Positions 56,857-64,000 of a stretch of 64,000 nucleotides of DNA are shown here, piece by piece; within the stretch, counting starts at the first letter, position 1; each line of letters opens with the position of its first letter. The notes under the pieces were generated by a model. It saw only the letters and a list, made by a program, of their open reading frames with translations, was not told the origin of the DNA and did not search any database. The stretch comes from Nitrosopumilus sp. Its GTDB lineage: Archaea > Thermoproteota > Nitrososphaeria > Nitrososphaerales > Nitrosopumilaceae. A program made the position numbers and the translations under genes. The stretch is taken from the NCBI GenBank assembly GCA_963667665.2, contig OY763927.2, forward strand, positions 1,344,001 to 1,408,000. Reading direction: 5' to 3'.

Positions 56857-57875
56857 GATTGTAAGACTTTTTCATATAAATCAACATAACGTTGACCAAT
56901 ATTTGACCAATCATATTTTTGAACTTCAGTATAAGCAGATGTAGAAATTTTTTCTTGAAGATTTTTATCATTTACTAATTCAACAATTTTTTTTAATAGT
57001 ATTTTCGAATCTCCAGGCGCAATCAATATGCCTACGTTATTATTTCCAAGTAATTCTTTATTGCCACCAATATTTGTGGCAATTATTGGTGTTTTACATG
57101 CCATGGCTTCAAGTAATGATGAACTAATCCCTTCTGCAAATGATGGTTGAATTAATGCAGTAGAACCACGTATTAGTGAAATAGTTTTTTCTTTTGGTTG
57201 ATATCCTAAAAAATGTATATTTTCTTTATTTTTTGTAGATTCTATTACAGTATTTTCCTCGGGACCACTACCAATTATTAATAAATGAATGTCATTTGGA
57301 AGTTCTTTAATGGTTTCTAAGATAGTAAGTATTCCTTTTTCTTTTGATAATCTTCCAGCAAAAATTATTTGTTTTTCATATCGTGAATCAGAACCAGTAG
57401 GTAATGAATTGATATCTATAGCATTTGGAACATAATAGACATTTGAATTTAGTTTACTATAATACTCGTAAGCATCTTTAGAACCTGCTGTTATTACATC
57501 TGCCCATTCTAAAGCATTTTTTTCATATCTATTAGAAAGTTTTGAGCTTAACTCACCATGTAATAATCCAATTTGTTCACTATATACTCCATGAATAGTA
57601 AGAATTTTTTTTGCTGAGATGTTCTTCATTGCTAATGCAGCTATTGGGTGTAGTGCATGAACTATATCATAATTTTTCATAAATTTTGTTTTTATAAAAG
57701 AAGAAATTAAAAAGCTTGGATTTTTTAATTTTTTAAATGGAATTGTTGGAGTATTTTCTGAAGAAATTATCTCAACTTGATGCCCATGCTCTTTTAGGAA
57801 AGTAATTAAATCTCTGACATGTTGTGCTATTCCTCCAATTCCTGACTGTGTAGGTGAAATAAGTAGAATTTTCAT
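56853..57875 (-). CDS. GT4 glycosyltransferase (copy B)
   Basis: AGRLSKEKG, EGISSSLLEAMA; first 73 aa identical to copy A. Confidence 0.92.
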   Translation of the reverse strand: MKILLISPTQSGIGGIAQHVRDLITFLKEHGHQVEIISSENTPTIPFKKLKNPSFLISSFIKTKFMKNYDIVHALHPIAALAMKNISAKKILTIHGVYSEQIGLLHGELSSKLSNRYEKNALEWADVITAGSKDAYEYYSKLNSNVYYVPNAIDINSLPTGSDSRYEKQIIFAGRLSKEKGILTILETIKELPNDIHLLIIGSGPEENTVIESTKNKENIHFLGYQPKEKTISLIRGSTALIQPSFAEGISSSLLEAMACKTPIIATNIGGNKELLGNNNVGILIAPGDSKILLKKIVELVNDKNLQEKISTSAYTEVQKYDWSNIGQRYVDLYEKVLQS

Positions 57876-58068
57876 AAATGAGATTTAGATTTAGAACTTT
57901 TAAGGTATTGGATTAAAAAATTCTTTTACATTGTTGCTTGTGCTGCATCATGGAACATCTGACTCTTTGCACAACCAGCAGCGAGTTCATCGCCTGCTCC
58001 ACGTCTCATAAGACCACGGTAAAGGCCATCTTCTAGTTTGACGCCTTCTCTTTCTTCCCATTCCTCTA
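57656..58068. repeat. 413-bp direct repeat, copy B
   Basis: Matches 54274-54686. Confidence 0.95.
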
Positions 58069-59590
58069 CAGTAATAGAGAATTTCTTTTGAATTCTATCT
58101 CTATACCATTCAGGAATTACATTAAATGCACAAAATGGAACTATTCTAAGGTCTGGTGTCACATAATGAATATCACATCTTTGTAGTCTTTCCAAATCTT
58201 CGTTGTATTTGTCTTGAAAGTGCATCATTCCAAGGAATAATCCCTTGACATGCCATGAACCAATTGAATCAAATGATCTCTTCATGAGTATATTACCGAA
58301 CATCTTTGCTAGGTCTAATCCTGCTGGTTGTTTCTTTGTATCAACATATCCTTTGAGTTTTCTTACAACTTCTAGCATTGTAAAGTACTTGTTTTTACCA
58401 GAACGAATCTCTTCTGCTTTATCCTCAAATAATTCCAACATTCCTTGAATATCACAGAATTTTGTTAGTGGAACAAACTTCTTTGTATCTGCATCCTCAA
58501 AGATGTAAGTTCCTGCTCCACAAGCAAAGTGAATTGATAATTCATATTTTGGTTTGCTTGAGAATGCTTCAATTACATTTGTTAGTGGCATACAACTTGG
58601 TACTGGGAACCAATCATCAACAGTTACCTCACCATTTGTTTGCTCTTCAATTCTTTGTACACAATCAGGTACTGTAATTCTATATTTTTCACGTTCAGTT
58701 TTACCCATTCTTCCAGTTAGTGATACTGGTTGAAAGTTTACAGCATGAACTATATCCATGTTCTTTTGTGCATATCTGATAATTCCACCTAATTCGTGGT
58801 CGTTAATTGATTTGATTACTGTTGGAACAAATACTACCGAAGTACCAGTCTTTCTGCAACTATCAAGTGCATATGGAATCTCCCAGTGGTTCTTTGGGTT
58901 TGTTCTTGCAGTTACACCATCAAAGGAAAGATACAAGTTGTTACATCCAGCAAGTCTTACTTCTCTTGCTGCCTCTGGATCCATTGCGTGTCGGATTCCA
59001 TTGGTATTCATTTGGATATGGTCAACTCCTTCTTCTTTCATTATTTTAATAACATCAGCAATGTCTTCTCTGAGCATTGGTTCACCACCAGTAATTTGCA
59101 TAGAGTTTCCTGGAATTGGTCTTTCAGCTCTTAGAGTTTTCATCATTGCTCTGATTTGAGTATGATCTGGCTCATACATGTAAGCGCCTTCCAATCCCTT
59201 CTTTACATAAAAGAAACAATACCAGCATGTTAAATCACATCTGTTAGTTACAATCATGTTTGCTAGTCCACTGTGAGATAGGTGGTTTGAGCATAATCCA
59301 CAGTTATTTGGACAAGAACATCTGTCAATCATTACATTTGGAGAATGAGCACCTTTGCCATCCACCCAGTATGTACTGAATTTTTTATACATTTGATAAG
59401 AACCAAAATACAACTCCTCACATTCGCCGTGAGTTGGACATACTTTAGTCATAAAGACCTGATTATCTCGCTCAAAGACTTCTGCATCGAGAATCATATT
59501 ACAATCAGGACAAATACTTTGAGTGAATCGGATTGTGGTCTTTTTGCTTAGATTTTTAGTCGATTGATTAGATATCTGAATTAGAGCCAT
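57926..59590 (-). CDS. tes: Tetraether lipid synthase (GDGT macrocyclisation radical SAM, MJ0619 family)
   Basis: N-terminal CPDC...CPTHG, CPNNCGLCSNH, TNRCDLTCWYCF, TGGEP, HFACG, MHFQD, RCDIHY...PFCAFN. Confidence 0.85.
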   Translation of the reverse strand: MALIQISNQSTKNLSKKTTIRFTQSICPDCNMILDAEVFERDNQVFMTKVCPTHGECEELYFGSYQMYKKFSTYWVDGKGAHSPNVMIDRCSCPNNCGLCSNHLSHSGLANMIVTNRCDLTCWYCFFYVKKGLEGAYMYEPDHTQIRAMMKTLRAERPIPGNSMQITGGEPMLREDIADVIKIMKEEGVDHIQMNTNGIRHAMDPEAAREVRLAGCNNLYLSFDGVTARTNPKNHWEIPYALDSCRKTGTSVVFVPTVIKSINDHELGGIIRYAQKNMDIVHAVNFQPVSLTGRMGKTEREKYRITVPDCVQRIEEQTNGEVTVDDWFPVPSCMPLTNVIEAFSSKPKYELSIHFACGAGTYIFEDADTKKFVPLTKFCDIQGMLELFEDKAEEIRSGKNKYFTMLEVVRKLKGYVDTKKQPAGLDLAKMFGNILMKRSFDSIGSWHVKGLFLGMMHFQDKYNEDLERLQRCDIHYVTPDLRIVPFCAFNVIPEWYRDRIQKKFSITVEEWEEREGVKLEDGLYRGLMRRGAGDELAAGCAKSQMFHDAAQATM

Positions 59591-59706
59591 GCCTACATTG
59601 GGAATTTTTCCGAATTAGTATATAATGCATTTCATACTTGCCCCCGTGGGGAGTTTAGGAGGTAGGCATATGCAGTTTAAATACCAAAACTGATCGACAA
59701 GATCGC

Positions 59707-60474
59707 ATGAGCATATCTGACAAAACAAAAAAGGCTTTAGAAAAAATTGGTCTTACAAGTTATGAAATCAGAACATTTACTGCTTTACTCAAAACTGGAG
59801 AACAAACAGCATCAGATCTTAGTCAAAAGTCAGGAGTGCCATATTCAAAAATTTATGAAGTGTTAGGAACTCTAGAAGAAAAAAGTTGGATTGGCTCAGA
59901 TGATTCAAGACCAACAAAATATTTTGCAAAATCACCATCAACAGGACTAGAAACTACAAAACAAAAAATAGAAAATGATTTTTTACAGCATCAAAGTGTA
60001 ATTCTAAACGAATTAGTTCCATTGTATGAAAAAAGTGGAACAAGCGAAAAACCAGACATTTGGGTACTTTCAGGTTCAGCCAACATTGCTGCTAAAATTT
60101 TAGAAATGGTAGAGTCATGTAGAAGTGAAGTAATGATTGCAGTACCTGAAGCAGGTGAAGAATTAGTTAAACAAGCATTACCAAAATTAAGAGCACTTCA
60201 TGATAAAGGAGTAGAAATTACAATACTTATTTCAGATAAAATAGATAAAGAATCCATCAAGGCAATCAAAAGAGTTGCAAGTGTAAAAATCAAGAAAGGT
60301 TTGTTTGGAGGAGGTATAATATCTGACAAAAGATATGTGGTAATATTATTAGGTCCAGAAATAACAGGTGAAAGCTCTTCAGATATAGTTGCAATTTGGG
60401 CAGATCATGCCGGATTAGCAGGATTTGCACATCAATACTTCGAATATTTATTAAAAGATTCAAAGAAGGTATAA
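59707..60474 (+). CDS. TrmB family transcriptional regulator
   Basis: GLTSYE, SGVPYSKIYEVL, SRPTKY. Confidence 0.9.
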   Translation: MSISDKTKKALEKIGLTSYEIRTFTALLKTGEQTASDLSQKSGVPYSKIYEVLGTLEEKSWIGSDDSRPTKYFAKSPSTGLETTKQKIENDFLQHQSVILNELVPLYEKSGTSEKPDIWVLSGSANIAAKILEMVESCRSEVMIAVPEAGEELVKQALPKLRALHDKGVEITILISDKIDKESIKAIKRVASVKIKKGLFGGGIISDKRYVVILLGPEITGESSSDIVAIWADHAGLAGFAHQYFEYLLKDSKKV

Positions 60475-60475
60475 T

Positions 60476-60925
60476 ATGGATACACCAAATGATGAGATTC
60501 TATTTGTAGGAACTGCAGATGCAGAGCATATAGAGATGTATCTAAAGGCAATTTGGCATATTAAAGAAAGAAAAGAAGATGTCAAAATTAGTACCATTGC
60601 AAAAATGCTCAAAGTTAGACAGCCAAGTGTAGTTCAAATGCTTAAAAAATTAAATGGTAAAGATTTGGTTAATTACAACAAAGCAGGAGTAAAACTCACA
60701 GAAGAAGGTCAAGCAGTAGGTGCAAGTATGATGAGAAATAGTAGATTATTAGAGGTTCTCATGGAAAGTGCACTAAAAGTAAAAATTGATGAGGAAATGG
60801 TATGTGGAATTGAACATCATATGAAAAAGGAATTTACAAATGCTCTGTGTACAATGCTAAAGCATCCAAGAACATGTCCACATGATCGTGAAATTCCAAT
60901 GGGTGAATGTTGTCAATCATCTTGA
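60476..60925 (+). CDS. DtxR/MntR metal-dependent regulator
   Basis: EMYLKAIW, PSVVQMLKKL, RLLE, IEHH, CPH..EIP. Confidence 0.9.
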   Translation: MDTPNDEILFVGTADAEHIEMYLKAIWHIKERKEDVKISTIAKMLKVRQPSVVQMLKKLNGKDLVNYNKAGVKLTEEGQAVGASMMRNSRLLEVLMESALKVKIDEEMVCGIEHHMKKEFTNALCTMLKHPRTCPHDREIPMGECCQSS

Positions 60926-60974
60926 ATAAAATAATATCCTAAAAGATATATCATCTAAAAAATAATATTTTATC

Positions 60975-61139
60975 ATGACATGTTTTTGTGGATGTAAAAC
61001 ATATGAAAAAAATGATGATGGATTCAAGATAGCATGTGTAAAATGTGGTCACGGACCTCAAAATCATGATGATAAATTTAGAGAATCTGCAAGAAAAAAT
61101 GAATCACAAAGTCAAAAACGTGATGTAGACTTTGGATAG
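60975..61139 (+). CDS. Small Cys/His zinc-finger-like protein (54 aa)
   Basis: Manual: MTCFCGCKTYEKNDDGFKIACVKCGHGPQNHDDKFRESARKNESQSQKRDVDFG. Confidence 0.7.
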   Translation: MTCFCGCKTYEKNDDGFKIACVKCGHGPQNHDDKFRESARKNESQSQKRDVDFG

Positions 61140-61143
61140 AAAA

Positions 61144-61563
61144 CTATTCACCAATTATTTTAACTAAAACTCTTTTTGGTCTTTTTCCATCAAATTCTCC
61201 ATAGAAAATTTGTTCCCATGGACCAAAATCTAATTCACCATTAGTAATAGCAACTACCACTTCTCGTCCCATTACTTGTCGTTTTAGATGAGCATCTGCA
61301 TTATCCTCACCAGTTTTGTTGTGATCATACTGATCAATTGGTTCGTGTGGTGCCAAATTTTCTAACCATTTTTCATAATCCTTATGCAAACCACTTTCAT
61401 TGTCATTAATGAAAACACTAGCAGTGATGTGCATTGCATTTACAAGACAAAGCCCTTCTTGGATTTTACTTTTTGTAACTAGTTTTCTGACATTGGGAGT
61501 AATATTGACAAAAGCTCTTCGTGTTTTAACATGAAATGTAAGATGTTCAGTAAGAGATTTCAT
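61144..61563 (-). CDS. yjbQ: YjbQ (UPF0047) family protein
   Basis: [25 protein letters not shown]. Confidence 0.9.
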   Translation of the reverse strand: MKSLTEHLTFHVKTRRAFVNITPNVRKLVTKSKIQEGLCLVNAMHITASVFINDNESGLHKDYEKWLENLAPHEPIDQYDHNKTGEDNADAHLKRQVMGREVVVAITNGELDFGPWEQIFYGEFDGKRPKRVLVKIIGE

Positions 61564-61599
61564 GTTTGCTCAAAGTAAATCATCCATTAAAATCCTAAG

Positions 61600-61659
61600 G
61601 CAGGCTCAGAACTCAAGATCCTCATCATCATTCAAAGGGATAGGTACATCACTGCCCGC
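61600..61659 (-). ncRNA. Box C/D methylation guide sRNA
   Basis: GCGGGC-A-[C GTGATGT]-ACCTATCCCT-[D' TTGA]-[C' ATGATGA, repeated TGA allows two registers]-GGATCTTGAGTT-[D CTGA]-GCCTGC with terminal stem. Confidence 0.85.
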
Positions 61660-61735
61660 AAGTCATATTTCAAGCAGATTCCTTTTGAGTCTTTCAATAA
61701 GCTTGATAAATGGCTTAATAGATCATTCATTCAAA

Positions 61736-62152
61736 ATGGTTACAATTGATACTCCAGCTTCAGTGGAAAGTTTTCGAAGATTTATCTTTTTGAGCACATG
61801 CAAATCTTATGCACCAAGAAGTTATTTTGAAGATTTTGAGGTATTTCCAGAAAGAGAAGATAATTTGGGATCAGTTTACGTAGAAGCAGCTGATAAAGTA
61901 ACTTTGAAAAAAATTAGAGATATTACATTTGTAAATGCAATAGATATTCTTGGAATAATTTATAATTCAAAAAGTGGAAATACATCTCTAAAATGGCGCC
62001 AGATTAAAAGAAATAATGGCAAAGTATCAGGTGAAGCTTCTGCAAACTCTTTAACAAATCTATCAGAATCAGGTGTTCTCACTTTAGATTGGGTTGAAAA
62101 CTATCTAAAGAAAAAATCTGAAGAAGCAAAGACTAACGAAGTTACAAGCTAA
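61736..62152 (+). CDS. Hypothetical protein
   Basis: Start moved to ATG 61736 (MVTIDTPAS); upstream part of track ORF overlaps the sRNA. Confidence 0.7.
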   Translation: MVTIDTPASVESFRRFIFLSTCKSYAPRSYFEDFEVFPEREDNLGSVYVEAADKVTLKKIRDITFVNAIDILGIIYNSKSGNTSLKWRQIKRNNGKVSGEASANSLTNLSESGVLTLDWVENYLKKKSEEAKTNEVTS

Positions 62153-62184
62153 ACTCTTTTCTTTTTGTATATTAGAACAATATC

Positions 62185-63234
62185 ATGATTACAAAGATTA
62201 TTGATGAGAATTCAATTTCTGTCAAGCCAGAAGATTCTGATGATCTTTTGAATTTACGTCGTATAATTAAAGAAGATGATAAAGTAATTGGAGATACAAC
62301 TAGAGTTTTAAAACAAGATAAGGATTATTCAAGACCTGACAAAGGAGAAAGAATCAAGGTTAGAATTTCATTATTAGTAGAAAAAATTTCACTGGATGAT
62401 GTTTTAGATAAATTAAGAATTGGTGGAACAATTTCTGAATCAAGTAATGAATCAGTACCACATGGATCACATCATTCATTTATTTTAAAAATAAATGATG
62501 GAATAACAATTTCAAAGAAAAAATGGTTACCAATTGAAAAGAATCTTCTCGAATCAAATAATAATCAAATAGGTTTTGTACTTGTTGCAATTGATACTGG
62601 TGATTGTGGGATTGCAAAACTAAGAGGAACACACTTGGAGTTTATTCCAAATATCTATTCTGGTTCTAGCGGAAAGAGATACAAAACTAATTTCAATATT
62701 GAGAAATTCTTTGAACAAGTACAATTAGCAGTATCAACTGTTCTCAAAGAAGGAGATTCGATAGTAATTTTTGGACCTGGTGAAACAAAAAAAAGATTTT
62801 CTAATTTTATTCAGAAACCGCAAAATACACAAAAAAATAAAATTCAAGTTGTAGATGGAATTGATTCTGGTGGAGAAGATGGAATTTTCATATTTACAAA
62901 ATCTCAATCAATGAAGGAAATAATGTCAGATAGTAAGCTAGCAAAAGCATCATCAATTATTGATGAAGTAATGCTTCTTGCAAATAAAAAGAGTAGAAAA
63001 TTCACTATGGGATTTGATGAAACATTTAATGCAAATCAATTAGGAGCAGTGGAATCTCTTGTATTTTCCGATAAAGCAATTCAAGATAATGAGCAAAAAA
63101 TGATAGATTTTCTAAATGATGTTGAAAGGAAAGGAGTAAAAATTTACAGTGTTGATTCATCCACAGATATTGGTCTAAGAGTTACAGGTTTAGGTGGAAT
63201 AGTTTCTTTATTACGATATGCAGTAGAATCTTAG
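62185..63234 (+). CDS. pelA: Pelota/Dom34 ribosome rescue factor
   Basis: EDSDDL, GSHHS, FGPG, GLGGIVSLLRY. Confidence 0.9.
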   Translation: MITKIIDENSISVKPEDSDDLLNLRRIIKEDDKVIGDTTRVLKQDKDYSRPDKGERIKVRISLLVEKISLDDVLDKLRIGGTISESSNESVPHGSHHSFILKINDGITISKKKWLPIEKNLLESNNNQIGFVLVAIDTGDCGIAKLRGTHLEFIPNIYSGSSGKRYKTNFNIEKFFEQVQLAVSTVLKEGDSIVIFGPGETKKRFSNFIQKPQNTQKNKIQVVDGIDSGGEDGIFIFTKSQSMKEIMSDSKLAKASSIIDEVMLLANKKSRKFTMGFDETFNANQLGAVESLVFSDKAIQDNEQKMIDFLNDVERKGVKIYSVDSSTDIGLRVTGLGGIVSLLRYAVES

Positions 63235-63542
63235 TTTGTAGATTCTATTAGCCAATTTAGATAGGATTTGTTAATAGATGTAACATCAATTTCTGCGATT
63301 TCAGGAACATCATATGGATGAGTTTCTTTAATTTTCTTTTTTAGTAGTTTTTTGTTTTTTGTTGTAGTTTTGAATATAGCAAGATATTCAGATGTATTTT
63401 CCACTTTTTTATTCCAAGAGTAAATTGAAGAAATTTTTGAAATATTGACACATGCAACTATCTTATTTTTTACAAACTCATTTGCAATTTTTGTAATTGA
63501 TTTTTTGTTAGGATAAGTTGAGATAATTATCACTGGTTTCAT
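63231..63542 (-). CDS. cutA: Divalent-cation tolerance protein CutA
   Basis: ACVNI, SIYSW, HPYDVPEI, YLNW. Confidence 0.92.
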   Translation of the reverse strand: MKPVIIISTYPNKKSITKIANEFVKNKIVACVNISKISSIYSWNKKVENTSEYLAIFKTTTKNKKLLKKKIKETHPYDVPEIAEIDVTSINKSYLNWLIESTN

Positions 63543-63585
63543 AGTAACCGATAAATGTACGTACTTTAAAAAATTAACAATTAAT

Positions 63586-64000
63586 TTGGAACTTGATTTT
63601 ATTACTCAGAATGCGATAATCTATGTGTTAATTGCTTGGGTTATCATTTTTGTAACTGCAAAAGGTCTAAAATTACAAAAATATGGTGTTGAGATAAAGG
63701 TATACAGCCTTGTATACAAGAATAAAGGAGTTAATTCAGTTCTCATTAAAATTCTAAGTAGAACAAGGAGAGGAATCAGAGTTTTTGCTGATGTAAGTGT
63801 AATTGCTGGTTTTCTAATGATGGGTTATGCATTTTACTTTTTGCTAAATAATATATTAAACTTTTTTGTTGCACAAGATGAATTTTCAGAATTAACAGTA
63901 CTTATTCCAGGAGTAACATTAACTTCTGCACCAGCTATTGCATTCTTTTTACTATCAATACCAATTGTACTAATTATGCATGAAGGAGCACATGGTATAG
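63586..64000 (+). CDS. Site-2 protease (M50) family, 5' part (runs off window end)
   Basis: Manual from TTG 63586: hydrophobic, LIPGVT, ends IMHEGAHG (HExxH). Confidence 0.8.
   Translation, partial: MELDFITQNAIIYVLIAWVIIFVTAKGLKLQKYGVEIKVYSLVYKNKGVNSVLIKILSRTRRGIRVFADVSVIAGFLMMGYAFYFLLNNILNFFVAQDEFSELTVLIPGVTLTSAPAIAFFLLSIPIVLIMHEGAHGI

Larger units (their letters stand above)
23818..57875. other. Surface glycan / EPS biosynthesis island (no integrase or transposase seen)
   Basis: Contiguous sugar-nucleotide, glycosyltransferase, methyltransferase and phosphonate genes; visibly more AT-rich; bounded by mtnA and tes. Confidence 0.85.

Noticed and set aside
59635-59672. GC-rich patch between divergent tes and trmB (CCCC-GT-GGGG, TGCC/GGCA)
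   Set aside because: Too short and weakly paired to call; may be an operator but unsupported
61562-61735. N-terminal extension of ORF 61562-62152
   Set aside because: Ser-rich, non-protein-like, overlaps the C/D sRNA; ATG 61736 preferred
1-64000. CRISPR arrays, IS elements, integrases, proviral genes, rRNA
   Set aside because: No periodic repeat-spacer pattern, transposase, recombinase or rRNA-like sequence seen; no duplicated tRNA 3' ends noticed

Overview
AT-rich archaeal chromosome segment, almost certainly from a Nitrosopumilus-like ammonia-oxidising thaumarchaeon. This rests on 4-hydroxybutyrate-CoA ligase of the HP/HB cycle, a cox operon with a blue-copper protein, F420 enzymes and tetraether synthase Tes. 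Positions 1-23.7 kb and 57.9-64 kb are core-type genes with three tRNAs (Val-TAC, Lys-CTT, an atypical Arg-TCG). Positions 23.8-57.9 kb form a ~34 kb surface-glycan island between mtnA and tes. It holds a GDP-heptose pathway, a NeuB/KdsC/cytidylyltransferase ulosonic-acid module, O-methyltransferases, GT-C/GT2/GT4 transferases and a phosphonate cluster (pepM, split ppd, pdh, cytidylyltransferase, two sulfatase-fold proteins) with no mpnS. Signals the ORF track misses: a 413-bp direct repeat (tes 3' end plus GT4 5' end) bracketing a cassette; a box C/D sRNA whose guide fits tRNA-Leu(CAA) C34; a second structured ncRNA candidate; three unlisted Cys/His micro-ORFs; an in-frame stop in a histidine kinase; and a membrane protein with two AmoC/PmoC-type DxxxH-x12-H motifs. 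All calls come from motif and sequence recognition by eye, with no database searches.
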